Of a DNA stretch of 56,525 nt, positions 17,649 through 27,834 are shown piece after piece. The stretch covers positions 1-56,525 of the forward strand of contig CAYQZW010000003.1 of NCBI GenBank assembly GCA_964422065.1. Reading direction: 5' to 3'. Below the pieces are notes generated by a model. It worked only from the letters and a program-made list of their open reading frames with translations, had not been told where the DNA came from and searched no databases. The stretch is from an uncultured bacterium (GTDB taxonomy: Bacteria > Hydrothermota > Hydrothermia > WGAB01). Each line of letters opens with the position of its first letter. The stretch's first letter is position 1. The translations under genes and the position numbers were made by a program.

Positions 17649-18788
17649 TTATTTTAAACGGAGGGAGAGGGCGTAGATCCGGTCCTTCCACGAGACCCCA
17701 CTCTTCAGGGCAACACGGTAAACAGAGTACCAAAGGGTCAAGAGCCCGAAGAGGAAGGTCAGATGGACAAGAAGTGCCGGCCAGCGTCGGTACCCCAATC
17801 TGCGGTCGACCAGGGCACGCATGGCGATGAGCGAGAGGATGGCCAGGCCAGAGAGGAGACGAGAGCCCCAGTTGAGGATGTAGAAGGCGATCGGGCCAAA
17901 AAGGACCAGGCTGGCCAGGATCGTGATCAGGGCGCTCACGCCCAGACGGTATCGGAACGCACCGAACGCAGACTTGGTGAAACCGTCCCAGGTCTCACGA
18001 ATCCCCTGATAGAACCGGACAGAGGCAATTTCCGGAGCATCCACCAGAAGGATCCGTTTCCCGTGGCTTTTGGCAAGTGCGGCGAGCCGTAGATCCTCAA
18101 CGATTTCATCTGGGATTGCACGGTGCCCTCCAATCTCCCAGTATGCGGCGCGGTGGAACAGGAGGAACGGGCCCAGGGCCCCGGCCAGCCGCGGACGGCG
18201 GAGTTCATAGAGCCAACGCAACGGCAGGAACATGAGGAAAGTCGTGGTCATTAACGGCCAGGTTAGGGCTTCAAGGGGGTGCCGGACCTCCAGGCCCGGC
18301 AGGATCGAGAAGAGATCAGGCTGATACGTTTCGAGCCAGGCCAGGGTTTGTCTCAGGGCGTTCGGCTGGAGCCGGACATCGGCATCTAAGAACAGCAGGT
18401 ATTCGCCGCGTGCTGCTTCGGCGAGTTGAGCACAGGCATGGGTCTTTCCAGCCCAACCGGGTGGCAAAGGGACGGTCGGCAACAGCCGGACACGAGGGTC
18501 CTTCCGCTGGATCTTCCGGACGACCTCGGCGGTCTGGTCTGTGGAGTGGTCGTCATAAACCAAGACCTCGAGATTTGGATAGTCCTGGCTGAGGATGGTC
18601 TCCAGACAGGCCCCGATATTGCGTTCCTCGTTGCGGGCAGGGATCAGGATCGAGAGTAGGGGAAAGGTGGTGGGGTCCTGGAGGCCTTCCCGTAGTTGCC
18701 GCAGGAACCGGAGGTTGTCCAAAAAGATCACCCACAGCACGCCGTACGCAAACAGGACGAAGCCATAGATGATGGTGAAGACGTCCAC
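17649..18788 (-). CDS. Membrane glycosyltransferase family 2 (CrtQ/HpnB-like)
   Basis: LIPARNEE, DDHSTDQT, LPPGWAGK, LFLDAD, VEDLRLA; N- and C-terminal TM helices; SD AAGGAGG. Confidence 0.85.
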   Translation of the reverse strand: MDVFTIIYGFVLFAYGVLWVIFLDNLRFLRQLREGLQDPTTFPLLSILIPARNEERNIGACLETILSQDYPNLEVLVYDDHSTDQTAEVVRKIQRKDPRVRLLPTVPLPPGWAGKTHACAQLAEAARGEYLLFLDADVRLQPNALRQTLAWLETYQPDLFSILPGLEVRHPLEALTWPLMTTTFLMFLPLRWLYELRRPRLAGALGPFLLFHRAAYWEIGGHRAIPDEIVEDLRLAALAKSHGKRILLVDAPEIASVRFYQGIRETWDGFTKSAFGAFRYRLGVSALITILASLVLFGPIAFYILNWGSRLLSGLAILSLIAMRALVDRRLGYRRWPALLVHLTFLFGLLTLWYSVYRVALKSGVSWKDRIYALSLRLK

Positions 18789-18845
18789 ATCGGCCTCCTT
18801 CGGATCTCTGAATTATCCACGACCCTGCCAAAAGTCTACAGGGCC

Positions 18846-21800
18846 TTAGCGGGTGAGCACAAGGGGATATGTTTTCCGGAGGTCAGGCGTCTCCAGGTGG
18901 ATGAAATACAGGCCAGAGGCGGGTTTTGGAGTCACGATCCCGGGCCAGGTCCAGGTGTACCAGCCTGCAGGGAGAGGGGCTTTCACCAAGGTAGCGATTC
19001 GGCGGCCAGTGGCATCGTAGACCACGAGGTTTACACGCTGGGAACGGGCGAGGGCCAGGGAAAGGATCGCGGAGGAGCGGGTGGGGTTGGGGAATGGCGG
19101 CAAGAAGAGGGTCATCGCCGGATTCTCGATGGTTGAGAGGGCGGTCGGGCGGGGGGCGATCAGGACCAGGGCACTGGTGTTCCCCGGGTCATGAGCGTGC
19201 ATGGGCCAGGTGGCAAGCGCTGGCGACTGACTGCCCGGGAGGGTGAAGACGATGAGGCGGTCAGTCCCCAACACCACAATCTCCAGGGTACCGTCTCCGT
19301 CCAGGTCCACAACCGCGGGGGTGGTCTTCAGTTCATCGGCCAGAAATAGGGGCAGACCAGGGATTGGGGTGCCGTCGGGTTGCCAGCCATAGAGGAGGCC
19401 TTCCCGGTAGGCGCAGAACACTTCATCCGTGCCGTCAGCGTTGATGTCTATGGCCAGTGGCTGGGAAAAGATCTGGCCCAGCGGGCTGTTGAAGAGGAAA
19501 GTTTGAGCAACAGTGCCATCGGCATTGAATGCGATGACTCCAGAGTCATCGTTGATCAGGACTTCGGGGGCGCCGTCGCCATCGACATCCCCGAGGCTGG
19601 GTTGGTTGTAGATGGCGGGGTTCCCAGAGAGGGACACAGGCCAGCCGGGCAAGACTGTGCCAGTGGCACTCACGGCATAGAGTTCGTGCGAGTCGCTGCG
19701 GACAAAGACGATTTCCAGCCCTGGTACTGAGGGATCGAGGTCACCCACGGCGATCCCGCCTTGAGCCCGGGCGTTCAGGGAGAGGGGGAAGCCCGGTTTG
19801 AGGTTCCCCTGAGGGTCGAAGGCCACGAGGGTTTGGTTCGGGTCGTTGCTGGCGCAGATCAGTTCCAGGGAGCCGTCCTCGTCAATGTCTGCGAGTGCGA
19901 GGTATCCGCTGTTGAAGCCCCCGGTGCCGGCGTTGGCAAAAAAGCCGTCCGATCCCGGCAAATAGGGCGAGCCATCGCCGTGCCAGGCGTAGATTTTGCC
20001 CCGGATGTGGTGGACAAAGACTTCGGGCGCGCCATCGCCATCCAGGTCCCCGACCAAAGGTGGGGCGTAGGAGCCGCGTCCCGGGCCGGGCGAGTAATCC
20101 ACGGGCCATCCGGTCACAGGAGTTCCATCTGCTTCAAAGGCATAGACGCGGTTGGGAGTGGTATCCCCTCGGAACGGTGCGGCAACGAGTTCCAGGAGGC
20201 CATCGCCATCCAGGTCACCCGCGGCGACGGTATTCCACATCTCGCCATCTACAGACACGGGCCAGCCGTCTGCCAGGGTGCCATCCGCGTGATAGAGATA
20301 AATCTGGCCGTTGGCCGTGCCGAACGCGATTTCCAGGCCTGGCGATGAGGGGTCAAAGTCCGCCACGGTCGGGTGATGGCTCTCGCCGCCCATGCCATAG
20401 AGTTGCGGCCAGCCTGGTGCGGCGGGGAGTCCTGCATAGGTCACCAGGCTCTCTGAAGGTGGAGAACTGTTGCCTAAGGTATCCACCGCGACGACCCAAT
20501 AGATGAGGGGTTGGCCGACAGGCGCGGTTAAGTCCTCGTATAACGTCAGAGGGAGGGGCATAGGGGTTAAACGCTCAACCGGTCCAGTATCCCCGATTCG
20601 ACGGAAAACCAAAAAGCCCCGATGGGATGATGCTCGCTGCCAAGTCAACCGAAGTCCCGGCCACCGGGGTGTCGCTTGGAGGGTTGTAGCCGGAGGCACC
20701 TCCGCGTTCCACAGCACCAGGGTATCGACGAGCCCTCGGGTTTCTTCGAAGAACCAAGTTTCATACGTCTGCGAGAGGTGGTTGGGATCTACACGCAAGC
20801 GTAAGGGGGCGTCTGTGGTATCGAGGTAGCCCTCGCCAGGGGCCAGCGTGATCAAGGGGCCATATAGCGTATCCAGGGCCTCGAGCATGCCCGGGCCCGG
20901 ACGGATGCGGATCCGGATGGATCGAGCCTCGTCGGTCCCGATGTTCCACAGATCCGGCCAGAGTTCAAGGGTGTCGCCACGAAGTCGGTGAACGAACCGG
21001 ACGGCCCGAAGGCGTGGGGCATGCACCTCGAAGAAAAGGGTGTCTACAGGGGTGTGGGGAGTGGTAAGGGGGGGTGGTGGGCCGGTCTCTGACTCACCGG
21101 AATAAAGCAAAAGGGGATAAACGCCCGGTGAAACCCCAAGGCTGACCCGGATCGGGATGGAGAACATGGTCGTCGTAGAGCCCGGGGGCAATACTACGAA
21201 CCTGGGGGCCATGGGCACTGTTCGGAAACCCGAGTCCGGGAACACCCAGCGGACCCAGACCCCGGTGCCTGGCACAGCGCCTTCGTTGGTGATCTGGACA
21301 CGGAGGAAGCCGTATTCACCGATGTCGACCCGGCCATCGCCGTCCCCGGCCCGTACGTCATTGAACCCGAGCAGGGTGAAGCGGGGTGCGAAGGGACCGG
21401 GAACAACCGAGAGGGTATCCACGATCGGCACCGCGTTCCGGTCTTGAACAGAAAGGAAGAGAAGGCCAGGGGTCTGGGGATGCATCGACAACACTGCGGT
21501 ACCGTTCAAATCCGTTTGGGCAGAGACGTAAACCTCACCCGGTTTCACGGCTACAACGCGGGCTCCGGGAATGGGAGAGCCTGTGCCGGCGTCCAAGACC
21601 TGGATGGAGAACGTCTGGGGGCCAACCTGCAGGGTATCCGGATGTTGGCTCACGAGTGTGCGGAGGGAGTCGGTCCAGACGGGAAGAGCGGGATCCCCTA
21701 AAAGCGTCTTGGACAAATAGATATAGCGGACGAGGGAGAGATAGGCCGTGTAGGGCCAGAACTGGGTCTGGGCATAGAAGGCATCGCCCTGGGTGGGTGT

Positions 21801-23450
21801 TCCCCGGATCGAATCGAAGAGGGCCTGATAAGAAGCGATATTGAAGGAGACCTCAATATCGGGAAAATCGAGGCGCGTGACGGTTAGGATACCTGCGGCT
21901 CCTCGATCTTCTGCCCGGAGCCAGGACTCCATGATGGCATGTAGGTCCCAGCCGCCCACATCACAGGCCACGATGTTGAGGAAAGGAAACCGACCGGTAT
22001 TGGCAAGTAATGGGACTTCTGCGTAGCCGAACCAGACCGAGGGGTGCATGTTGACCATGAAGAAGTGGTAGAAGGCGTGGGCGTTCATGTAGAGTTGTCC
22101 GACGCCCTGGTCTAATGTGGCGAGGAACTCGGCGAGGGTATTTTGCGTGGAGTCGGTTTCATACATCCGCAGGATTTCGAGTGATGCAGGCCAGGCGTTG
22201 GAGATGACTTGCTCGGTGTAAAGGGCGCCTTCATAAGCTCCCCAGAGGTCGGTCCCCAGGGCCAGAGCGCGGCGAGGGTAGCCCGGGTCTGCTGGGGATG
22301 TGGCATAGGCCATGGCCTTCTGGACAAACGCCCAGGCCTGGTCCGGGGTATGGACTGGGATTCGTCCGATATAGAGTTCGGGTAAGGCGTCTACAGAATC
22401 TTCTACCTCGCCATAGATGTGGTCGCCGTCCCTGTCCCAAGTGCCGTCCAGGCAAGCAAAATACAGATCAGACGGCGGGAATTGGTCGGACGGAGAGCCC
22501 CAATAGGGGTTCTGGAAGAAAGTCCGGACCGGCGAAAGTGGGGCGTCAGCAGCAAGCAAAACCCACTGGACACCCCAGGCAACATAAGCTTCCCGGAGGA
22601 AGTTTCGGACCCGCTCTGCACGATCTGCTCCTGGATAGTGCGATTCAATCCAAGAAAAGGTAAAGACTGCGGCTGGCCGGCCGAAGATCGTGTGCCACTC
22701 GGCATAGGCAAGGAAAGGGGTGAGAAGCGTGGTGTCGGTGAGAATGAGAAGCGGATAGGGACCGGAGGCTGGAGAGGGCGTAGGATTGACTGGAGGTGGG
22801 AAAAGGAGGTCGGGGGACGGCTCGACCAGGGTCACGGGAGGTCTGGCGAAGAGTTCCTGCTCCGGATTGATTACAAGGCGCTGGAGCCGGTTCAGAAATG
22901 TTGCCCAGGCTCCAGGGTCTGCTTGAAGGGGATGGAGACCCGGCTCGGTAGGGGCGGTCTCGATTTCCAGTTCGAGGTCGGTGATCAAAAAGAGGCGATG
23001 GGCTTGAGTGTCGTAAATGAATGGCGAAACAAGGGCTCCGACCAGGGAATAGCCCCCAATTGTGCCGGTTTGAAATCCTCGGACAGGATTGTCCTGACGC
23101 AAGACCTTCGGATCTGAGGTGCGGGGGAGGTCGTCTGTATAGGACGCTATGCCCGGGGGAGGTGTCCAGTGGACTCGAGGAAGGATGCCTTCGCCAAGTG
23201 GAACAAGGTCCAGAATCTTAGCTGAGACCTGGATCGCTCTTTGGCCGTAAGGGAGGAGGAGGTGGATCGTGGTTGTCGGGAGATCGGGTGCACCGGGGAC
23301 ATCTAAAGCCGGCCAGTTGGAGTTCGTGGCCACACGTAGGGTTTCTTGGCGGACCTGAACCGTGACAGACTGAGGATGGACCTGCAGGGGAACCCTAAGT
23401 GTACCCCACCCCACCCCCACACACAAGCCGAGCACCCACCAGCGCCCCAT
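18846..23450 (-). CDS. Secreted C25 (gingipain-like) cysteine peptidase with Ig/FnIII-like region, FG-GAP repeats and T9SS-type CTD
   Basis: Propeptide motif PGAPDLP, SDLYFACLDG, YIGRIP, His in MNAHA, Cys in IVACD, LLGDPALP, repeated GDLDGDG..E/GWP, PFPNP...VYDATGRRIATL...SGLYFI. Confidence 0.85.
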   Translation of the reverse strand: MGRWWVLGLCVGVGWGTLRVPLQVHPQSVTVQVRQETLRVATNSNWPALDVPGAPDLPTTTIHLLLPYGQRAIQVSAKILDLVPLGEGILPRVHWTPPPGIASYTDDLPRTSDPKVLRQDNPVRGFQTGTIGGYSLVGALVSPFIYDTQAHRLFLITDLELEIETAPTEPGLHPLQADPGAWATFLNRLQRLVINPEQELFARPPVTLVEPSPDLLFPPPVNPTPSPASGPYPLLILTDTTLLTPFLAYAEWHTIFGRPAAVFTFSWIESHYPGADRAERVRNFLREAYVAWGVQWVLLAADAPLSPVRTFFQNPYWGSPSDQFPPSDLYFACLDGTWDRDGDHIYGEVEDSVDALPELYIGRIPVHTPDQAWAFVQKAMAYATSPADPGYPRRALALGTDLWGAYEGALYTEQVISNAWPASLEILRMYETDSTQNTLAEFLATLDQGVGQLYMNAHAFYHFFMVNMHPSVWFGYAEVPLLANTGRFPFLNIVACDVGGWDLHAIMESWLRAEDRGAAGILTVTRLDFPDIEVSFNIASYQALFDSIRGTPTQGDAFYAQTQFWPYTAYLSLVRYIYLSKTLLGDPALPVWTDSLRTLVSQHPDTLQVGPQTFSIQVLDAGTGSPIPGARVVAVKPGEVYVSAQTDLNGTAVLSMHPQTPGLLFLSVQDRNAVPIVDTLSVVPGPFAPRFTLLGFNDVRAGDGDGRVDIGEYGFLRVQITNEGAVPGTGVWVRWVFPDSGFRTVPMAPRFVVLPPGSTTTMFSIPIRVSLGVSPGVYPLLLYSGESETGPPPPLTTPHTPVDTLFFEVHAPRLRAVRFVHRLRGDTLELWPDLWNIGTDEARSIRIRIRPGPGMLEALDTLYGPLITLAPGEGYLDTTDAPLRLRVDPNHLSQTYETWFFEETRGLVDTLVLWNAEVPPATTLQATPRWPGLRLTWQRASSHRGFLVFRRIGDTGPVERLTPMPLPLTLYEDLTAPVGQPLIYWVVAVDTLGNSSPPSESLVTYAGLPAAPGWPQLYGMGGESHHPTVADFDPSSPGLEIAFGTANGQIYLYHADGTLADGWPVSVDGEMWNTVAAGDLDGDGLLELVAAPFRGDTTPNRVYAFEADGTPVTGWPVDYSPGPGRGSYAPPLVGDLDGDGAPEVFVHHIRGKIYAWHGDGSPYLPGSDGFFANAGTGGFNSGYLALADIDEDGSLELICASNDPNQTLVAFDPQGNLKPGFPLSLNARAQGGIAVGDLDPSVPGLEIVFVRSDSHELYAVSATGTVLPGWPVSLSGNPAIYNQPSLGDVDGDGAPEVLINDDSGVIAFNADGTVAQTFLFNSPLGQIFSQPLAIDINADGTDEVFCAYREGLLYGWQPDGTPIPGLPLFLADELKTTPAVVDLDGDGTLEIVVLGTDRLIVFTLPGSQSPALATWPMHAHDPGNTSALVLIAPRPTALSTIENPAMTLFLPPFPNPTRSSAILSLALARSQRVNLVVYDATGRRIATLVKAPLPAGWYTWTWPGIVTPKPASGLYFIHLETPDLRKTYPLVLTR

Positions 23451-23453
23451 GGG

Positions 23454-23777
23454 CTATGCCCCTGGGGTCTGGATCTCCTCGATCAAGAGTTCCGTCATGC
23501 GCTGGCGATGGCCTTTCTTGCGACGATACTTTTTTCGGCGTTTGTACTTAAAGACAATGATTTTCGGCAGTTTTTGCTCACCCAGGACTTTGGCTTTCAC
23601 GGTCGCCCCTTCAACGAAGGGGGTCCCCACGAACACTTGGTCCTCATCGCGGACATACAGCACCCGATCCAAGGTCAACTCTTCACCCTCTTGGGCGTGC
23701 AGTCTGGGAACCAAGATCTTTTCACCCTCTTCGGCGCGGATTTGATACCCCTGGACTTCAAGGTATGCGTATTTCAT
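23454..23777 (-). CDS. rplU: 50S ribosomal protein L21
   Basis: GTPFVEGATV, KIIVFKYKRRKKYRRKKGHRQ. Confidence 0.96.
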   Translation of the reverse strand: MKYAYLEVQGYQIRAEEGEKILVPRLHAQEGEELTLDRVLYVRDEDQVFVGTPFVEGATVKAKVLGEQKLPKIIVFKYKRRKKYRRKKGHRQRMTELLIEEIQTPGA

Positions 23778-23780
23778 GGC

Positions 23781-24131
23781 TTACTCTCCTGTTGGACTCG
23801 GTTGCTGGGGCGGGGCCTGGGGAGGTGTTACGGGGGGCAAGTTCAGGCCACCAGCCTGCTGACGAACGACCTTCTCGATCGCGGAACTGGTCTGCCGTGC
23901 CGGGGAGTGCAGGAAGGAAAGCGTCAGGGAGAGGATCAAGAAGAGGGCACCCAATACCGCCGTGAGTTTGGTAAAGAAGGTCGGGGCACCACGGACACCC
24001 AGGATGGATTCCATGCTGGACGTCCCCCCAAAGGTGGCGGATAAGCCGCCGCCCCGAGGCTGCTGGATCAGGATCGCCCCGATCATCACGATCACCACAA
24101 AGAGATACAGGATCAAAAGCGCTGCAATCAT
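23781..24131 (-). CDS. secG: Preprotein translocase subunit SecG
   Basis: ILIQQPRGGGLSATFGG, FFTKLTAVL; follows tpiA. Confidence 0.92.
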   Translation of the reverse strand: MIAALLILYLFVVIVMIGAILIQQPRGGGLSATFGGTSSMESILGVRGAPTFFTKLTAVLGALFLILSLTLSFLHSPARQTSSAIEKVVRQQAGGLNLPPVTPPQAPPQQPSPTGE

Positions 24132-24146
24132 GGGATTTCCGCTCCT

Positions 24147-24908
24147 TTAGGGGCCTGCAAAAGCGGCGTTGATTATATGGGCGAAGGATTGGGATTGCAA
24201 GGAAGCGCCACCCACCAGGGCGCCGTCGATATCGGGCATTCGTGTGAGATCGGTGACATTTTCCGGCTTCACACTCCCGCCGTACAGGATCGAGACTTCT
24301 GCTGCGTCGGCGCCCCACTCTTTCAGAACATCCCGGATAAAGGCGTGGACCGCCTGAGCGGTCTCTGGTGTCGCAGTTTTTCCCGTTCCAATCGCCCAGA
24401 CGGGCTCATAGGCCAGAACGACCTTGGACATCTCCTCGGGCTTTACGAGTTTCAGGGCGTTCAGAAGTTGGGTTTGGACTACCGACTCGGTCTCCCCTCG
24501 CTCCCGTTCTTCCAGTCTCTCACCAACGCATAGGACTGGAGTCATGCCATGGTCCAGCACCGCACGGACTTTTTGCGCGATGAAGTCATCGGTTTCGCCA
24601 AACAGATGCCGGCGTTCCGAGTGTCCAACGATGACGAAATCCACCCCGAGGTCTTTCAACATGGTGACGGAAATCTCACCGGTAAATGCCCCTTTCGGTT
24701 CAGGATGGCAATTTTGAGCACCAAGAAGCATCGACGAGCCTTCTTTGAGGGACTGGAGTGCAGCAAGGGCGGTAAACGGAGGCGCCACTCCCCAGAGATA
24801 TGGACCGGTGTAGTCTTTGAGAAGGTCCAGCAGTTCCCGGACTGTGACCTCTGCCTCGGTCACAGTCTTATGCATTTTCCAGTTGCCCAGAATCAGGCAG
24901 CGCCTCAT
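24147..24908 (-). CDS. tpiA: Triosephosphate isomerase
   Basis: [34 protein letters not shown]. Confidence 0.98.
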   Translation of the reverse strand: MRRCLILGNWKMHKTVTEAEVTVRELLDLLKDYTGPYLWGVAPPFTALAALQSLKEGSSMLLGAQNCHPEPKGAFTGEISVTMLKDLGVDFVIVGHSERRHLFGETDDFIAQKVRAVLDHGMTPVLCVGERLEERERGETESVVQTQLLNALKLVKPEEMSKVVLAYEPVWAIGTGKTATPETAQAVHAFIRDVLKEWGADAAEVSILYGGSVKPENVTDLTRMPDIDGALVGGASLQSQSFAHIINAAFAGP

Positions 24909-25927
24909 GACTTGCTCGGAGATTCGGCCTTCTCTTCTGGGGCCAACGCTTCCTTGATCTTCATCTCGATCTTGTTCCGGAGATCTGCATCCTCCTCCAG
25001 GAGCCGGCGCACTTTCTCGAGGCCCTGTCCCAGTTGCTGGCCTGCAAAGGAATACCAGGAACCGGACTTCTGAATAATCCCCAGTTGTAGACCCAGATCG
25101 ATCAGTTCCCCTTCTCGGGAGATCCCTTTGCCGTAAATGATGTCGAACTCGGCTTCGCGGAACGGTGGGGCGAGTTTGTTCTTGACGATCTTGACTCGCA
25201 CGCGGTTCCCCACCGCCTGGTCACCGCTCTTGAGGGTGGCGATCCGTCGGATATCCAGTCGGACCGAGGCGTGGAACTTGAGGGCCAGCCCTCCCGGTGT
25301 GGTCTCCGGGCTCCCGAACATGACCCCTATCTTGTGCCGGACCTGGTTGATGAAGATCGCGCACGTCTTGGACTTTGACAGGACTCCGACGAGTTTCCGC
25401 ATGGCTTTAGCCATGAGTCGAGCCTGAAGCCCTACTTGTGTATCCGACATCTCACCGGTGATCTCCGCCTGGGGTACGAGTGCTGCGACCGAGTCTACCA
25501 CGATAAGATCCACCGCACCGCTCCGAACCAAGGTTTCGGCGATATCCATGGCCTGTTCCCCGGACTCCGGCTGGGAGATCAGGAGGTTATCGAGGTCTAC
25601 GCCCAGGGCGCGGGCATAATTCGGATCCAGGGCATGTTCTGCGTCGATGAAGGCAGCAATGCCGCCTTGTTTCTGGGCTTCTGCGATCGCATGGAGGGCC
25701 AGGGTCGTCTTCCCTGAGGCCTCGGGGCCATAGATTTCGACGATCCGGCCGCGTGGATAGCCGCCGACCCCCAAGGCCAGATCCAAGGCGATCGAACCGG
25801 TCGGGATGACCGGCACCCGGATCGCCGTTTTTGCACCCAGGCGCATGATCGCGCCTTTGCCGTGTTGCTTCTCGATTTGCTTTAACGCAATCTCGAGACT
25901 TTTGAGCCGATCATCTGCTGGCATCAT
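24905..25927 (-). CDS. recA: Recombinase A
   Basis: [42 protein letters not shown]. Confidence 0.98.
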   Translation of the reverse strand: MMPADDRLKSLEIALKQIEKQHGKGAIMRLGAKTAIRVPVIPTGSIALDLALGVGGYPRGRIVEIYGPEASGKTTLALHAIAEAQKQGGIAAFIDAEHALDPNYARALGVDLDNLLISQPESGEQAMDIAETLVRSGAVDLIVVDSVAALVPQAEITGEMSDTQVGLQARLMAKAMRKLVGVLSKSKTCAIFINQVRHKIGVMFGSPETTPGGLALKFHASVRLDIRRIATLKSGDQAVGNRVRVKIVKNKLAPPFREAEFDIIYGKGISREGELIDLGLQLGIIQKSGSWYSFAGQQLGQGLEKVRRLLEEDADLRNKIEMKIKEALAPEEKAESPSKS

Positions 25928-26493
25928 CCCACCTCTCGATCAATTTTTGGGGGGGTCACCCCAACCTGTCCTTGATACTTCCCTTTGCGGTCCCCGTAGC
26001 TCACCCGGCACACCTCATCTGCCTCGAGGAAGATCACTTGAGCGATCCCCTCGTTCGCATAAATCTTCGCCGGTAACGGGGTGGTATTCGAAATCTCAAT
26101 CGTCAAATGCCCCTCCCATTCGGGCTCTAATGGCGTGATATTGACCACAATCCCACACCGCGCATAGGTCGATTTCCCTAAACAGATCCCCATGACCCCA
26201 CGGGGAATCCGAAAGTACTCGACGCTGCGCGCCAAACAGAAGGAGTTCGGCGGAATCACACAGACCTCGCCCTTGAAGTCGACCAGGCTCTTGGGATCGA
26301 AGTTCTTGGGGTCCACCACCGAACTAAAAACGTCGGTAAAGATCTTGAATTCATCGGCAATGCGGATGTCGTAGCCATAAGAAGAGAGTCCATAGGAGAT
26401 TTTGCCCTCTCGGACGAGCCGGGGTTCAAAGGGCTCGATCATGCGGTATTTCCGCGCCATTTCTTCAATCCAACGATCGTTCTTGAGTCCCAT
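25924..26493 (-). CDS. dcd: dCTP deaminase
   Basis: [42 protein letters not shown]. Start ATG 26493. Confidence 0.95.
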   Translation of the reverse strand: MGLKNDRWIEEMARKYRMIEPFEPRLVREGKISYGLSSYGYDIRIADEFKIFTDVFSSVVDPKNFDPKSLVDFKGEVCVIPPNSFCLARSVEYFRIPRGVMGICLGKSTYARCGIVVNITPLEPEWEGHLTIEISNTTPLPAKIYANEGIAQVIFLEADEVCRVSYGDRKGKYQGQVGVTPPKIDREVG

Positions 26494-26500
26494 AGCGGGA

Positions 26501-26529
26501 ATTTTAGGGGACGTCAGAAAGGGATGCAA
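26501..26529 (-). promoter_or_regulatory. Sigma70-like promoter of the dcd-recA-tpiA-secG-rplU operon (leaderless)
   Basis: Minus strand TTGCAT-17-TAAAAT-7 nt-ATG. Confidence 0.65.
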
Positions 26530-26774
26530 TAAGGAGAGATCTGTGAAGAGGCAACTTCCTGCAACGGACAACCCATTCGGGGGGACGTTCCCTAAAAGGG
26601 GCCCCTGAAAACCGTCCACAATTGAACATGTCCACAATTGTCGAAGTGCGGAGGGGATTGAGGACAGGCAGGGGTTGAGACGAGAACCGTTTAAAGGGTG
26701 TCGAGTGCCGATGCAAACCCCTTGATCACTGCTTTCGCCTCTCGCCCAGGACCTATACAGGGTATCCCTCCCCG

Positions 26775-26804
26775 TGCAACCTTATCCCGGGGTCGTGCGT
26801 TATA
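26775..26804 (+). promoter_or_regulatory. ECF-type promoter, probably autoregulatory
   Basis: TGCAACC...CGTTATA with AAC-N17-CGT spacing, directly upstream of an ECF sigma gene. Confidence 0.6.
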
Positions 26805-26879
26805 ACTTTATGAAGGACGGCGAGGTGCCGGCCGAGACAAAAGTGACGGTACGCCACCAAAATCCCATGGGTGCGGGTG

Positions 26880-27389
26880 ATGACACTGAAGGAATTTGAA
26901 GGGCTCTATCGCGAGCATGCGGCCGCAATCTTTACGTATCTCTTGCGGACGATGGGGAGCCAAGAAGATGCCATGGAACTCACACAGGAGACCTTTTTTC
27001 GACTTTGGAAACATCGGAAACGACTGGAAACCGAGGGTCATCTCCGGGCATGGCTCTATAAGGTTGCCTCAAACCTGGCCATCAGTGTGTTACGAAAAAG
27101 ACGCCACCAGGTCTTTATGGAGGATTTGCCTGCGGAGCAGTTCACATACGACGACCCCCATTTTGAGGGTGAGCCTGGGGTTCTCAACGGCCGTTGGCAG
27201 AGACTCCTGGAGCAACTTCCTCCAGGTCAACGGGCGATCCTCTGGCTTCGGATCGTCGAGGGGATGACACATGAAGAGATTGCGCAGACTTTACAGATCT
27301 CGGTCGGAACCTCAAAGTCCCAGTACCACCGGGCCTTGGCCCGGCTCCGGAAATTACTGAAGCATCCAAAACCCGAATCGCGGAGGTGA
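26880..27389 (+). CDS. ECF RNA polymerase sigma factor
   Basis: Region 2 DAMELTQETFFRLW / AWLYKVASN; region 4 EEIAQTLQISVGTSKSQYHRA. Start at 26871, 26877 or 26880. Confidence 0.93.
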   Translation: MTLKEFEGLYREHAAAIFTYLLRTMGSQEDAMELTQETFFRLWKHRKRLETEGHLRAWLYKVASNLAISVLRKRRHQVFMEDLPAEQFTYDDPHFEGEPGVLNGRWQRLLEQLPPGQRAILWLRIVEGMTHEEIAQTLQISVGTSKSQYHRALARLRKLLKHPKPESRR

Positions 27390-27829
27390 GAACCGTGGAA
27401 CCGTTCCAATATAGGGAGGAAAACGGGAAGGCGCCCCGTCTCCCTGATGCTCTGGAGGCTCCGCCTCCAGAGGTCTGGACGGGTCTGGTGCAGCGGATTC
27501 GCCGGCACGAACGCTGGCGGCGGATCCGGCAGGGTGGATTGGTGGGGGGTATAGTTGCGGTCCTGGTCTATGGCATCGTCACCTTCGGACCTTGGTCCAA
27601 TCGAGGGGCCTCCCCGACCCCTGAGACGCAGACGTGGGTCGAAGCAGAACCCGGTGTGCGGATCTCGGACCTCCAACACGACCGACGTGCGGTCCAAACT
27701 GCCCTCCACGAACTGGAACTCATGCAAAAGCGATTCCCGCACAACACGATCATCCAATCCCGGTGGGCATCGATCCAGAAAAAAGCACAGGCGTGGACAC
27801 GGTTAACTTCGGCTGGGGTGTGGAGGTGA
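27386..27829 (+). CDS. Putative single-pass anti-sigma factor
   Basis: Overlaps the sigma stop (GTGA, SD GGAGG); PPPEVW motif followed by one TM helix. Confidence 0.6.
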   Translation: MRTVEPFQYREENGKAPRLPDALEAPPPEVWTGLVQRIRRHERWRRIRQGGLVGGIVAVLVYGIVTFGPWSNRGASPTPETQTWVEAEPGVRISDLQHDRRAVQTALHELELMQKRFPHNTIIQSRWASIQKKAQAWTRLTSAGVWR

Positions 27830-27834
27830 GGGCA

